A stretch of DNA of 64,000 bases from Antechinus flavipes (Eukaryota), in assembly GCF_016432865.1 (NCBI RefSeq), contig NC_067399.1, positions 550,808,001 through 550,872,000 of the forward strand. The letters are read 5' to 3'. Under the pieces are notes generated by a model, which saw only the letters and a program-made list of their open reading frames with translations, was not told the DNA's origin and searched no databases. A program made the translations under genes and the position numbers. Within the stretch, counting starts at the first letter, position 1. Each line of letters begins with the position of its first letter. This document shows positions 11,575-23,338 of this stretch, piece after piece.

Positions 11575-11960
11575 GCTTTGAGATCACAGGATTTAAAGCT
11601 GGAAGAGACCTTAAAAATTATCAAGTTCTGGGATACTTAACTTTTTTTTTTGGGGGGGGGGGGTCCATAGACACATTCTCAAATAATGTTTAAATAATTG
11701 AAGGAAATATTCAATTTCAATTAGAGGTTAATGAAAATTAAAAAGGAATTTTTTATCCATGGATCTCTTTGGAGTCTATGGATCTTTGGTTAAGAACCCT
11801 TAATCTAGTTAAACACCTTTATTTTAGAGATAGAGAAAATGAAGTATGTGGAGGGGAAGTGATTTGCTTCAATTCAATACAAGTCAAAAGAAGAGTCTTA
11901 ACTACAATTTGCATTTTCTGACTCAAAATCTAGGACTCTTTGTACCATATTTCATTACCC
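11575..11960. mobile_element. MIR3 interrupted by a marsupial non-autonomous repeat (~11630-11800)
   Basis: gatcacaggatttaaagctggaagagacctt..; gggtccatagacacattctcaaataatgtttaaata..ttggttaagaaccct; ..ttttagagatagagaaaatgaag. Confidence 0.7.
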
Positions 11961-12609
11961 GTTTTTCTACCCTTAAAGCACGTGGGACATAATTTGATCC
12001 TTAAAGCCCACAGTAGATATTTATTGAATTGAATTTATATCAAGGTTAGTCTTGAAGGGGAAAAGTTACAAAATTGAGCAAATATTAATAAGTCTCAGAT
12101 CTCTGTCTATGTTTCTCTCTCTGACATAGTATAACTATCTCATTTATAGATGAGAAATGACCTGTCTCTTCTATCAACAGCTTTCTTACCTTAATCATTA
12201 ACTAGCACCAGCAATGTTGTAAACTTATCCTCTTATCCCTTTTCTTCTCCCCCTCCCCCATAATTAAGGACCAAGGTTATTTCAATAAACTCTGATTCTA
12301 GTATCATAGATACTGAACATTTTAAAAGATGTTTTAAAATGCATACTTATAGTACTGTGTCAATTGTTTTATTAAATCTCATTTGAGACAGGAGTTTTAC
12401 TATCTTTGGCCACAAAGTCAGGAGATTGCTATCCCAATAATAACAATGATATAAATCACTGCTGTTAATAATAAAATAGTTAAGTTAATTCATAAGATAG
12501 TTATTTGGAGGTTGGAGTAATCCTTTCAAGTGCACCTTTCAGATGTTGCTTACATAATTTTGTCATTAACAGTTACCTGATGTTAATGTGCGGCTTTCTA
12601 GCTCTTGTC

Positions 12610-12770
12610 ACAGATTTAGAAGTGGAAGGGACCTTAGAAGTCATCTAGTCCAACCTTCTCAATTTACAGATAAAGAAATTGAGGTTAATTACTTGCCCAA
12701 AGTTATACAAGTACTATGGTAAGGACCAGATTTGGTCCTTGTATCCCAAATTTATGGTACATTTCATTGC
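12610..12770 (-). mobile_element. MIR3 SINE
   Basis: gatttagaagtggaagggaccttagaagtcatctagtccaacc..ttacagataaagaaattgagg. Confidence 0.85.
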
Positions 12771-13264
12771 CTTTATGTTTCCAATTAATGTATGCTACCA
12801 ATTTATAATATAAAATGAATACTAATAATGGTAATTCAGGCCATATTATAGATTAATATTAATGATAATCTCTTTTAAGATTTCAAAGCTTTGTGAATTC
12901 ATCAATGTGGGTATTTCTCCTATAACCACTTTTTGGTTTGATAAATGGTCTTCAAGAATTGCTGTGGCAAAATCAACATTTGCTTCTTAATACCCAGTTT
13001 ACAGATTTCTCTGAGCTTAGGCTAGGTAGAACAGTAGACATATAGTGTCACCAGGCCCATTTAATGGGATCTGTTCACAGCTTTGCTTTTCTAGCATAGC
13101 CTTTAAGAGCTTAGGATCTCCTTGATAATATGATGAGAAGTATTAGAGTCAGATTTTAGAGGATACATATCTTACATTTATATAGTATTGTACACTTCAC
13201 AGGTAATCTGTGTTAAGTACAGAGGTCTAGTTAATATAGTAAACTTTATGATAGAATGTGAGCA

Positions 13265-13462
13265 TTAAAACAGAGATGTTAACTTCATGGTCTGGAGGGG
13301 AAACTTCCTGTGCAGTCCAAATCAGATCAAAATGTCACTGGAAAAATTTTAACAAAAATAAATAGAGATACAATAGAATACAAATAATATTAATCAGTGG
13401 TTTTCTAAATCAATCTGTGGCCAAAAGGAATATCACTTATTTGAGTTTGATACCAGTGATTG
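13265..13462. mobile_element. Non-autonomous hAT-like DNA transposon remnant
   Basis: cagagatgttaac..aaatcagatcaaaatgtcactggaaaaattttaacaaaaataaat..gtggttttctaaatcaat..atttgagtttgataccagtg, resembling a common marsupial MITE. Confidence 0.55.
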
Positions 13463-13904
13463 AAAACATTATCCCACCCAAGGCAAAGATCTCTTTTACA
13501 TCAGTGACAATGGAAATTCAGTCTCTACTTTCAGTGGCCAAGAACTCTCTCCCTCATGGGGCAGCCCTTTCTATTACTTTATAATAAGAGCCACTGTAAT
13601 AAAAATCTTCCTCATAAAGAATTAAAATCTGGTTATTTATAATTTCAACTGACTGGTTCTAGGTCTGCCCTCTGGATTGATTTTTTTTTAATTTTGTTTA
13701 ATTTATTCTGAACTTAAAACAAACATTTCAAAACATAATAGTATAGGGAAAAAAAAGATGATTGCCCATATTCTAAATGACAGCCTTTTAAATATGAAAC
13801 ACATTTATCATGTCCTCTTTTCTTTTTCCTTCCTCTCTCCCTTTCCCTTCCCAAATCTTCTGTTCTTAAGATTAAACATCTCTAGTTCCTTCAACAATTC
13901 TTAA

Positions 13905-14040
13905 TGTGAGTGAATGAATAAAAAAGATATTAGTACCATCTCATGTGCTCTATGTTAAATTTTTGGGATACAAATAAAAAAAGCAAGAAAATCCCAGCCC
14001 TCAAGGAATTTATAACCTAATGAGAGAAACATAAGTGAGT
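13905..14040 (-). mobile_element. L2 3' tail
   Basis: gaatgaatgaataaaaaag..ggatacaaat..cccagccctcaaggaatttataacctaatg. Confidence 0.7.
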
Positions 14041-14099
14041 GCTAGTGAGACATGGGAATAACATGGATGGTAACTGGGGCCTTAAGAGTTGGACATACT

Positions 14100-14355
14100 T
14101 TTTTTCTTTTCCTTCTCACTTTTTTTCTTTCTTTCTAGATCCAATTTTTCTTGCACAGCAAGATAACTATACAAATATATATACATATATTGGATTTAAC
14201 ATTTACTTTAATATATTTAACATGTATTGGACTACCTGCCATCTAGGGAAGGAGGTGGGAGGAAGTAAAGGAAAGGTTGGAACAGAAGGTGGGTAAATGT
14301 TGAAAAATTATCCATGCATATGTTTTGTAAATAAAAAGCTATAATTAAAAAAAAA
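14100..14355 (+). mobile_element. L1 extreme 3' end with A-tail
   Basis: ttttcttgcacagcaagataact..cctgccatctagggaagg..gtaaataaaaagctataatt plus poly(A). Diverged TSD aagagttggacatact / aaaagtttgacatgct. Confidence 0.85.
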
Positions 14356-14929
14356 AGTTTGACATGCTCTACCTAGTAACAATAATAGTATTAATTGATT
14401 ATAGTTCCCAGAAGAAAATATGGACTGTTGAAGGAAAATATACATGTTATAAGGCAGAATAGAATGATGGTAAGAAAACGACAGGAGTAGAATGTGAAAA
14501 ATGTCTGAGACCAGCTAAATACAATCATGTAAGTTTGTGTTCACCAATAAAGGCAACTTAGGCCATGGGATGAAAGAACTGAATAGATTCAGTTCCTGTC
14601 TGGAGGTCTGGGGGGGGGGGGTACTGAAGGTACAATATAGGTGAGTGAATGACAAGAAGATGGCCAGTCTCTTTTATATATGTGGGTTATCCTTCTTTGG
14701 ACATATTACTGTATTTTAGTTTATTTTTTAAGATGTAGTAGTGAAACTAAATGCAATTTTATAGACATGGTCAAACTCTTTCAGAGTACAGTGGTATTGA
14801 TCTAGATACTTCTATTAATGTTGTCAAACATCCCATTAACCTTTTTTGGTAGTCACGTCACTTGGTTGACCACATTTTTGCTGCCAAATATGATTCCTAA
14901 TATTTTTCCTTATGAGTGCAAGGATGGAA

Positions 14930-15170
14930 ACAAGCATTTATTAAGTGTCTAATATGTGTCAGGAACTGTGTTAAGAACTTTACAATTATTAACACATTTG
15001 ATTCTCACAGTGATCCTGGGAAGCAGATACTATTATAATCCCCATTTACAACTGAGAAAACAGAGGCAGATGCTAGTTAAATAATTTACCCAGGGACAGA
15101 CAGCCTGTACGTGTTGGAGGCTGGATTTCCTGACTCCAGGCTCAGCCTTCTAATCACTGCACTACCTAGC
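14930..15170 (-). mobile_element. MIR SINE
   Basis: aagcatttattaagtg..gtcaggaactgtgttaagaac..ccccatttacaactgagaaaacagaggc. Confidence 0.85.
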
Positions 15171-16294
15171 AACAGCATGAATGGCCATCAATCTGACTTT
15201 TCTTCTTCTTCTATATGTAGAGTGGATTCTCTAAAACTTTACTTCTTGATATTTTCACTCTATCCTTCTACTTGTTAAAATCCATCTTTCTTTTCCTTCT
15301 GTTGTCTAAGATATTAGTTTTTCCTTCTCCATTAGTTGGTTTCATCAACTAATTTGCTAAATATATGTCTTCATTACCCTCATTTAAGTCACTCACAAAT
15401 TTGTTAAATAAGACAAGATCAAGTATGGAGCCTATAGATAACTCTTTTAGATTGTCATCAATGCATTCATCAACACTCTTTGGGCATGGCTGTCTAATCA
15501 AACATGAACTTCCTAATTATTTTATATCCAGCCCACATTTCTTCATTTTGTTCACAAAGCTAACAACTCAAGAGGCTTTATCTTCTCATCATTTTTATTG
15601 CCTTGTATTTTTCCATACTACAGTCCACTTACATAACATTGTTTAAGGCCTGGATAATTTAAAATGTTTTGTGAAGCTGCATTTTAGATATTTAAAATGT
15701 AATAGCAAATAACTGCTGATGTGATCTTCATCATTACTTTTATCTTGAAGCCATGATTACTAACATTCCCTGAAACTTTTAAAAGTTGGGGAGGGAAGAT
15801 TTACCATACATGAACAGATTTTAGTGTTGTAATCAAATAAAATCTGACATATGTAATGCATAATTATTATTATGCTGCACAGTAATTAGGCATAACTGGT
15901 AAACAGTTTACATAAATGACTATAATTAAAAGGACTGTAATTAGTATTACTTTTACACAGTCAGAGAAGACATTTCTGGGGTCAGCTAGGGAAATATGAA
16001 AAGAGATCTGGGTGGAGTGGGAAGTTAGCCTCTTTGAAGATAACTTGATCTGTAACCTAGTGGAACCCTATGGCCAGGCTTTCTTGCTTATATTATACAA
16101 GAGATGTCTATCCAAGAGATGAGTACTAAATACTTTCTTTTTTGTTTCTCCTAGAGTAGCCAGACTGCCTCAGGCGCCTGCCTGGCTAAATTAAGGAGAG
16201 AGAAGGCTACTGGCCTGTTCTTCTTCTACATCCCAACTAAAAATTATATACTCAACAAGCCTAACAGTGTTGGAACTACCATATCATATTTGAA

Positions 16295-16440
16295 TATGTG
16301 TGTACATATATGTATGCATGTGTATATCTGTACATGTATATCTACATATGTATATATTGTATATACTCATACATACACATATATAGACCCCTATACACAT
16401 GCATACACACAGAAAGAGAAAGAGAGAGAAAGAGAGAAAC
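16295..16440. repeat. (TA/TG/CA)n and (GA)n microsatellite
   Basis: Direct reading. Explains ORF 16298-16495. Confidence 0.9.
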
Positions 16441-17769
16441 CTATATCTCAAAACCTAAACCACTAAGTTGCATCAGTGGAAACAAAAGTAAATAATAAAA
16501 TAAAAACAATATGGATCAGTGAGTCAAATTTGAAAAATTCAGATAGGCTTTAAGTAGAGTAGAAATCATGATAGGACATGCTAAATTTATGAAACTATAG
16601 CAAGACAGAATAGTTTATAAGTTAAATATATAGCTCTGGAATGAGAAATTTTCATTACTTGAATCTTCCATTAGACATATTATTTCTGAATCTTTACATT
16701 CTTCCCTTTCCTTTTTACCCCATCTCTCCAAAATAAACCCTAGAAAAGATACTTTCAAGATCTTCAATATGAGAAAAAAAAATTATAAGCCTAAAACTTG
16801 GAAGATACCTCTGAGGTCAGCTAATCCAAAAATTTGCCTGACTTGAATTTGTTTATAAAGGAAGTCATCCAGAATTTTTGCTGATCCATTGATCTCCACT
16901 GGTAGAACTCATAACTCATTAAGATAACCCATTACACTCTAGAACCCCTGAAATTGTTAGGAAATTGTTTTTGTTTTGTTTTTTTGTTATGGTATTTTTT
17001 TTAAATGTTGAACCAAATTTCCCTATTGCATTTTTTTACCCACTATTCCTAGCTTTGCCTTCTGAAGCCAAGGAGAACCAATCTAATCTCTCTTCCACAT
17101 GGTAGATTCAAATATTTGAAATGGTTTTATTTAATCTCTGTTACAAATAATATAAATGTCATGAGGGTAGAGACTTTTGCATCCTCTTTTTCTTTCTTTC
17201 TTTCTTTCTTTCTTTTTTTTTTTTTTTTTTTGCATCCTCAGTACCCAGCACAGTACCTGGTGCAAAAAAAAGGAATTGCATGCCAGAAATAGAGCAAGAT
17301 CACTGATTCTACAAATAAGACAGAATCACCCCATCTCCACTATTTCATATAAAGTAATTATTCTACTTATTTAGAAGTCTCAATACCTCTTCCTACCCTC
17401 TGACTTCATGTGCCTAAAGCACTGAACTCAAACTCTTAGACTTGTGAATGCGGTGCAGGTACAGGATTCTCTGGCTAGAGTGACTTTCTCTGAGCACCCT
17501 CTCTGCCTCAGAGAAAGAAATGGCAGATGCTGACTCTGGGCTTGTGACAGAAAGAAAGGAGAAGAACTCAAGCTGGTTGAAAATGTGTTTACAGATTCAG
17601 GCTAGCAGGGAAGAAAGTACACTAGGTCTGATAAAAAAAAAGAATAGGAAATAGGATAAAGCAAGTTCTCTCCTCCTAGAAGTTATTTACAGCAAGGATT
17701 AGGTTGGTTGGTCCTGATATCCCCATGAGGTCACAAGGAGTCAACCTAAGAACTCTGTGTAACAGTGAA

Positions 17770-18100
17770 AGAAGCAAAATTTAAAAATGAAAATGATTGA
17801 GAACCCAAGAAAGAAGCTGAAACATCAAAAATAAAAAGAGAAAAAGCCTAAATAAAAGAACTGTTCAGAATCAGATAAGCCAAGAACCTCCAAAAAACTG
17901 AAGGAAGAATGAATATAGCTTCAGAAACAAACCAAAGTAATTTAAATACCATATTTAAACCATATTTAAAATATTTTTTTAAAAAAAGAGCCAATATTGC
18001 CTGATGAAAAAAAGTTATAAATGAAAGAAAAAAACATAGCAGATAGAATTTTGTGGACTCCCCAGAGATTATGGAACAATAACAATAAACTATAGAATGG
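17770..18100 (+). mobile_element. Degraded L1/HAL1 ORF1-like fragment
   Basis: A-rich coding-like strand with gatagaattttgtggactcccagag, resembling the ORF1 RRM motif NLRIIGLPE. Many stops. Confidence 0.45.
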
Positions 18101-18399
18101 CTCAAAAGATAAATAAAATTCATAAAATAACTGAATTGAGCTGAAACAGAATTCTTTTTGAGCCAGTGTTCATTTAATATTCCCATTCACTGTACTCTCC
18201 TTCCTTTTACTCTAAAAACTCCATCACAAGAATCTATCAGTGCTACCATCAAATACATTTATTTAAATGAATAATTATGGTTTGCACTTTATAAAGAGAA
18301 ATAGATGATTATGTTAGTTGACATTTATTTTTTATGTTATATTTTTATTATTTATTATATATATTTTATATGTTATATAATTATATATTATTATAATAT

Positions 18400-18640
18400 A
18401 TATTATAAATTTAAAATTTATTAAGCACTTTACATGTCCTCTTATTTTATTTACACGTTCTCACCACAACTCTGTGAGGTCATTTAACAGGTGGTATTCT
18501 CATTATTACAGATAAGCAAAACTGAGGGTTAAAGAGATTGTCACTTGCCTAGGCTCAATATGACTATAGTAAGTGTCAGAGGCAGAATTTGAATGCAGGT
18601 CTTCCTTATTCTGACTGCAGTTCTCTTCTATAACTTAGAA
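18400..18640 (-). mobile_element. MIR SINE
   Basis: attaagcactttacatg..caccacaactctgtgagg..ttacagataagcaaactgagg..gcagaatttgaatgcaggtcttcct. Confidence 0.85.
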
Positions 18641-18773
18641 ACTACCCTATTTTGGCTAGGGTACCAGTTTCAGAAGAATGGGGCTGAAGCCAGCTTTACT
18701 TTTTGTCGTCTTCTGTCTTCTCTATCTAATCTCTCAATTAGTTGCATTTTTTCTTCATTCAAAAAGTCTCCAA

Positions 18774-19302
18774 GACTTACATGAACTGATGCTAAGTGAA
18801 ATGAGCAGAACCAGAAGCTCACTGTACATGACAATATGAATATTATACAATAATCAATTCGGATAAATGTGACTCTTTCCAACAATGAGATGATTGAGGC
18901 CAGTTCCAATGATCTTGTGACGAAGAGAGCCATCTACACCTAAAGAGAGGATTGTAGGAACTGAATGGGGATCACAACATAACATTCTCACTCTTAGTTG
19001 TTTTTCACTTGCATTTTGTTTTCTTATTCGTTTACTTTGTTTTTTTGATCTGATTTCTCTCGTGTAGCAAGAGAATTGTATATGTTTATATAATCAAATC
19101 TGTTTATACATATTGGATTTAATATATATTTTAACATGTTAAATTGCTTGCCATCTAGGGGAAGGGGTAGTGGGAAGGAGGAGAAAATCTGAAACACTAG
19201 GCTATGTAAGGGTCACTGTTGTTAAATTATCCATGTATTTTGAAAATACATGGTTTCAAAAAGTTTTGAAAATAAAAATTGAAAGCTTTATTAAAAAAAA
19301 CA
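18774..19302 (+). mobile_element. L1 3' UTR with A-tail
   Basis: gacttacatgaactgatgctaagtgaaatgagcagaaccag... Exact TSD aaaaagtctccaa at 18761-18773 and 19303-19315. Confidence 0.9.
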
Positions 19303-20631
19303 AAAAAGTCTCCAAATATTTTTCTTTTCATTTTCATTGCTATCACTAGTAGACCTCACTAAATACATCTGGATGATTGCTATGACTTCCTAGCTAGTTA
19401 TGTCTCTAAGTTGCTTCTCTTCCTTAATACAATATACTGATGACTAAGAAATCTTTCTACTAAATTTAAATGTTTAAACATTACCTTCTTCAAGTCACTC
19501 ACCTGCTAAAGAACCTATGGCTTACCACAGTTAATTCTTCTGATGACCTTTCAATGTTTTCATCAATCTGGACCTGCCCTAAACTATTCAGTCTTATTTC
19601 CTATTACACCCCCAAATATAATATGCACTCTACTCAGGCTAGTTTTCTTAGTATTTCCCAACATAACATGCGTATTCTTACCTCTCTGTTCATTTTATTT
19701 TCTTTTTGGGTTTTTTTCATTCTCCCCTGTGCCTATCTAATTAATCCCAAAAATTCTTCAAGATCAAGATAAGTTTCTCTCTCTTCCTCCTAGGAAAAAA
19801 CTTCTTTTTCCTATTCTTTCACATAAAGTCATTTATTATCAAATATTGATCTAGTTGGGTCTTTCTCTAGGTCATGCCCACTAATCATGAAAGCCTACTA
19901 AGAATTTATCCTTAGACTTCATCTTTTCTACTTCTGTCTCATTTAGTGATTTTATCAACTTGTAAGGGCTCAATTTCCATATCTATGCAGATGATCACCA
20001 GCTGCCTATTGAATTTTTTTTTTTAACTGAATGTCCCTAAAGCAACACAAACTGGACAAATTCAAAATTTCTTATCTTTTCCCTAAATCCACTACCTTTT
20101 GAATTCCTCTATTACTATTTTTTTAGTTATTAAGCCTCAGATTTTAGCTCAGCTCCTTATTTTCATTTACCTTATATTTCCAATCTATTTCCAAGTCTTG
20201 TCATTTCAGTCTTTACAATATATCTCATATAAGTGATCCCATCTTTCCATCACCTTGATATAGGTTCTCATTACCTCACCCAGGGACTGTTGCAATAGCC
20301 TTCTGTTTGGTCTCTCTTCCTCAAGTCTCTCCCTATGCCATTTCATCCTCTATTCAGTTACTAAAGCATCTACCAAATTTAAATGCTCCAGGATCAAATA
20401 TAAAATCCCCTCTTTGACTTTTAAAGAACTTCACAATCTGACTGCTTTCTACCTTCACAGTTTTCTTATACTCTACACCTTTCCACATACTCTAAGATCT
20501 AGCTTTTCCTTATACATGGCTCTCCATCTCTTGACTCTCTGAATTGTTCCTGGCTTTCCCTTATGTTTGAAATCCCCTTCCTGCTCATTTCAGCCTCTGG
20601 GTTTCCTGACTCTTTTCAAAATTCAGTTCAA

Positions 20632-20756
20632 GGGGCAGCTAGATGGCACAGTGGAGAGAGCACTGGCCCTGGAAAAAGGAGGACCTGAGTTCAAATTCAA
20701 CATCAGATTTACTAGTTGTGTCATTTAACTCTAATCATCTCTCAAAACAAACAAAA
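20632..20756 (+). mobile_element. WSINE1-like SINE
   Basis: ggggcagctagatggcacagtggagagagcactggccctgg..ggacctgagttcaaat, A-rich tail, diverged TSD aaattcagttcaa / gactcagtacaa. Confidence 0.85.
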
Positions 20757-20824
20757 AGACTCAGTACAAACCTTACCTTCTGAAATAGGCCTTTCCAAGA
20801 CTATCCTGTTTGATCCTATCTAAC

Positions 20825-21040
20825 TCTTCAAGACCCCATTTGGAGTTTTCTTGGCAGAGATACTGGAGCTCTTTACCATTTTCTTCTCAGTTCATTTTAC
20901 AGGCGAAGAAACTAAGGCAAACAAAGTGAAGTGACTTGACCAGGGTCATACAACTAAGAAAAATTAGAGGCAGAATTTGAACTCAGGAAGATGAGCCTTC
21001 CTGACTCCTGACCTGGCCCTCTATCCACTGCGCCATCCCA
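20825..21040 (-). mobile_element. Marsupial MIR/Mar1-type SINE
   Basis: ggagttttcttggcagagatactggag..gaagaaactaaggcaaac..tttgaactcaggaagatgag..ctatccactgcgcca. Confidence 0.85.
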
Positions 21041-21869
21041 CCATCCCACCCTTCTGCCATTACACCTTTCTTCCGAGATTCTGTCCCTTTTACACTGTGT
21101 ATATCTTGTATGCATCTAGTTGTTTACATGTTGTTTCTTCTTATAAGGAAGGCTCCAAAGAGGCAGGGTCCATGTTTTTGCTAACATATAAAACATGCTT
21201 AATAAACACAAGTTAAGTGGCTGTGTTAAGCTAAAAGGATAGAAATATAAAACAAACCCTATTCTCTTGGAGCTTCCCTTCTACAGAGGGATGCAGCCTC
21301 TGCATTTATAGATAAATAAACATGACCTGCTCAGAAAGTATTTACTCTCTTTGGCTCACTTCTTTCCTCTACAAGGTCAGAGTTGAATACTTCTAGGCCA
21401 CACCTAGCTCCTCCCTTGGTGTGTTTTCAGGGTGTAACCTTCTCTTCAGTCATAATTCTTTCCTCCAACCCCCGCCTCTCTCCCATGTGGGGCTAAAGAT
21501 TTAATCAGTCATACTCTGTTAAAACAATTAGCTCACTTTTAGATTATACATAACAAAATGACTCTCAGATCCATATGGCCCTTTCCTCCATTATTTTATG
21601 TACTTTATGTTAGAAAAAAAAGTTAATAAAATTACTAAAGCTCAGTGTCTCCAGTTAGGAAAATTCCTAACTTTCAATCAGAGATTTTGGCTTTCTGCTG
21701 ATTTTAAATTTTGTATGTTTTCAGTTAGTCCCTTTTCATTTACTCCCCTTTTTGTGGCATGGTCAATGTATACAAAAGACTCATGACAGACCTGAATTTT
21801 TAAATGAAAGAAAATCAAGATCAACCAAATAATTTTGATGAAAAAGAAACAAGAACCAAGTATATAACA

Positions 21870-22760
21870 GTGCCTGTTATTGGATAATTTCAAGGAAGAG
21901 ATCTTTAGTGATTACAACCAGTAGCTTCAAACCAAGTTCTTGATTTAAAGATTTCTTCAGCAATAACAATGACCCACCAAGATCTCTTGCCTCTCTGGTT
22001 CAACTCAATTCTCTTCTCTTTCCCAATGTGATCACACATTACTCATAAGGAATTCAGTTTATTGAAACCTTGATGATAGCTGAGCATGTAACCTCTCCAT
22101 GGCTATTGCTCTTCAAGTCCTTCAGTCTTAGTCCCTTCTCATTAGTCTACCCTCCTATAGACTGTAGCTTTTTCAAAAGCTCTGGCATGATACAAGTCTA
22201 ACTTCCAGAGATCTTTGCTTTAAGATTCCAGTAATCCACGTTTCCCTCAGTGCTGAGAGGAAGTTGTTGAATATCTCAGAATGCTAATTAATTCTCACAC
22301 CCCTACTACAAAATAAGAAGTTATTACTTTTTATTATACAAAATAAATAATCATGGGGTGAAGGGGCTTGATAATGTGTGAGAATTAGAAAAGACCACTT
22401 AAAGGAAGTAGTACTTGAGCTGAACTTTGAAGAGAATTACTGTTTGAAAGAGGTAGAAATCAGGAGGGAAAATTTGGCTATAACACAAAATGCAAAAAGG
22501 GCAGTAAATTATAACACTAGAAAGATGGTTTGGAGCCAGATTGTGGATAGCTTCTGGATGCTTAGTTTACATTTTTTTTTTATCCTAATAGAAGTAGGGA
22601 TCCACTAAAGGTTACTGAACAAAATAGTTTTGACCAGGAAGATTATTTTAGCCATTTTATGAAAGACATAAAAGGGGGAGAAACAAGAAGGAAGGAGTAC
22701 AAACCATCAAGGCAAGAGATGAGTGCCTGCATTAGAGTAGGGGGGTCTATGTGAGTGGAG
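21870..22760. mobile_element. L2 fragments (21870-22250 plus; 22370-22760 minus)
   Basis: tcttgatttaaagatttcttcag..aatgacccaccaagatctc; gtacttgagctgaactttgaagag..ttggagccagattgtgg. Confidence 0.6.
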
Positions 22761-22919
22761 AAAAGATAATTGATTAGCTTTACTTTTTAAATTCCCTATG
22801 GAAATAGGAAGCATCAAGAATCCTATAAATGAGATAGAAGGCTCCGCAACCTTAAGACTTCTAATTCCTTATGATCTTATGTTCTGTTGACCTTGGTTAA
22901 CAAAGTAGCCCCAGACATG

Positions 22920-23260
22920 AGGTTAGAAAATATAAAGTAGAGTAAATTTTAGGCATATTTAAGATAAGCAACTAAGATTATGATGGTATAAACTTCTGGG
23001 CAAAAAATGGTGACATTAGAAAAGCAAATGTTTTTATTACTGCCACTGATGAAAGACAGAGGTTCCAAAATATAGGGAAGCAAATAGTATGAAGGAAGAT
23101 GCTGTAAAGGAAAAAAATTAGTGTCTGACAATAGTATTTATGGATTTGTGGACTGTATTATAGAAAGAATTTTTAAAAACTACTGGAGTTAGTGGAAAAA
23201 ACTAAAAACCTTGTAGATTTAGCTATGTATTTTGGATGTAGCTAAGCTACAGACTCTCTA
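22920..23260 (+). mobile_element. CR1/L3 RT fragment
   Basis: cttctgggcaaaaatgg..aaatgtttttattactgccactg..ccttgtagatttagctatg. Confidence 0.5.
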
Positions 23261-23338
23261 TACCTAACCCTCATCCATATAAATATGAGTGGAGTAAAAA
23301 TCCAGTGAAAATCCCTTCTAAATCTAAATTCTATATTT

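Larger units (their letters stand above)
13465..17160 (-). mobile_element. CR1/L3 LINE fragments (13465-13900, 14560-14900, 15180-15800, 16700-17160)
   Basis: Reverse CR1 3' and RT motifs: agattaaacatctctagttccttcaac, ctagatacttctattaatg, ttcatcaactaatttgctaa, caagatcaagtatggagcc, ggagaaccaatctaatctctcttccacatgg. Confidence 0.7.
18650..21180 (+). mobile_element. L2 LINE (RT end to 3' tail), interrupted by L1, WSINE1 and MIR insertions
   Basis: ccatatctatgcagatgatcacc (YADD-like), cccagggactgttgcaatagccttct, atttaaatgctccaggatcaaatataaaatcc. Confidence 0.75.

Noticed and set aside
18098-18165. 12-13-bp inverted repeat tggctcaaaaga / tctttttgagcca around ~45 bp
   Set aside because: Short, AT-rich, with one indel and no TSD. 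Compatible with chance, and too weak to call a MITE or miRNA hairpin.
20632-20700. tRNA-like A/B-box sequences, here and in other SINE heads
   Set aside because: These are tRNA-derived SINE heads with core and tail sequence attached, not tRNA genes.
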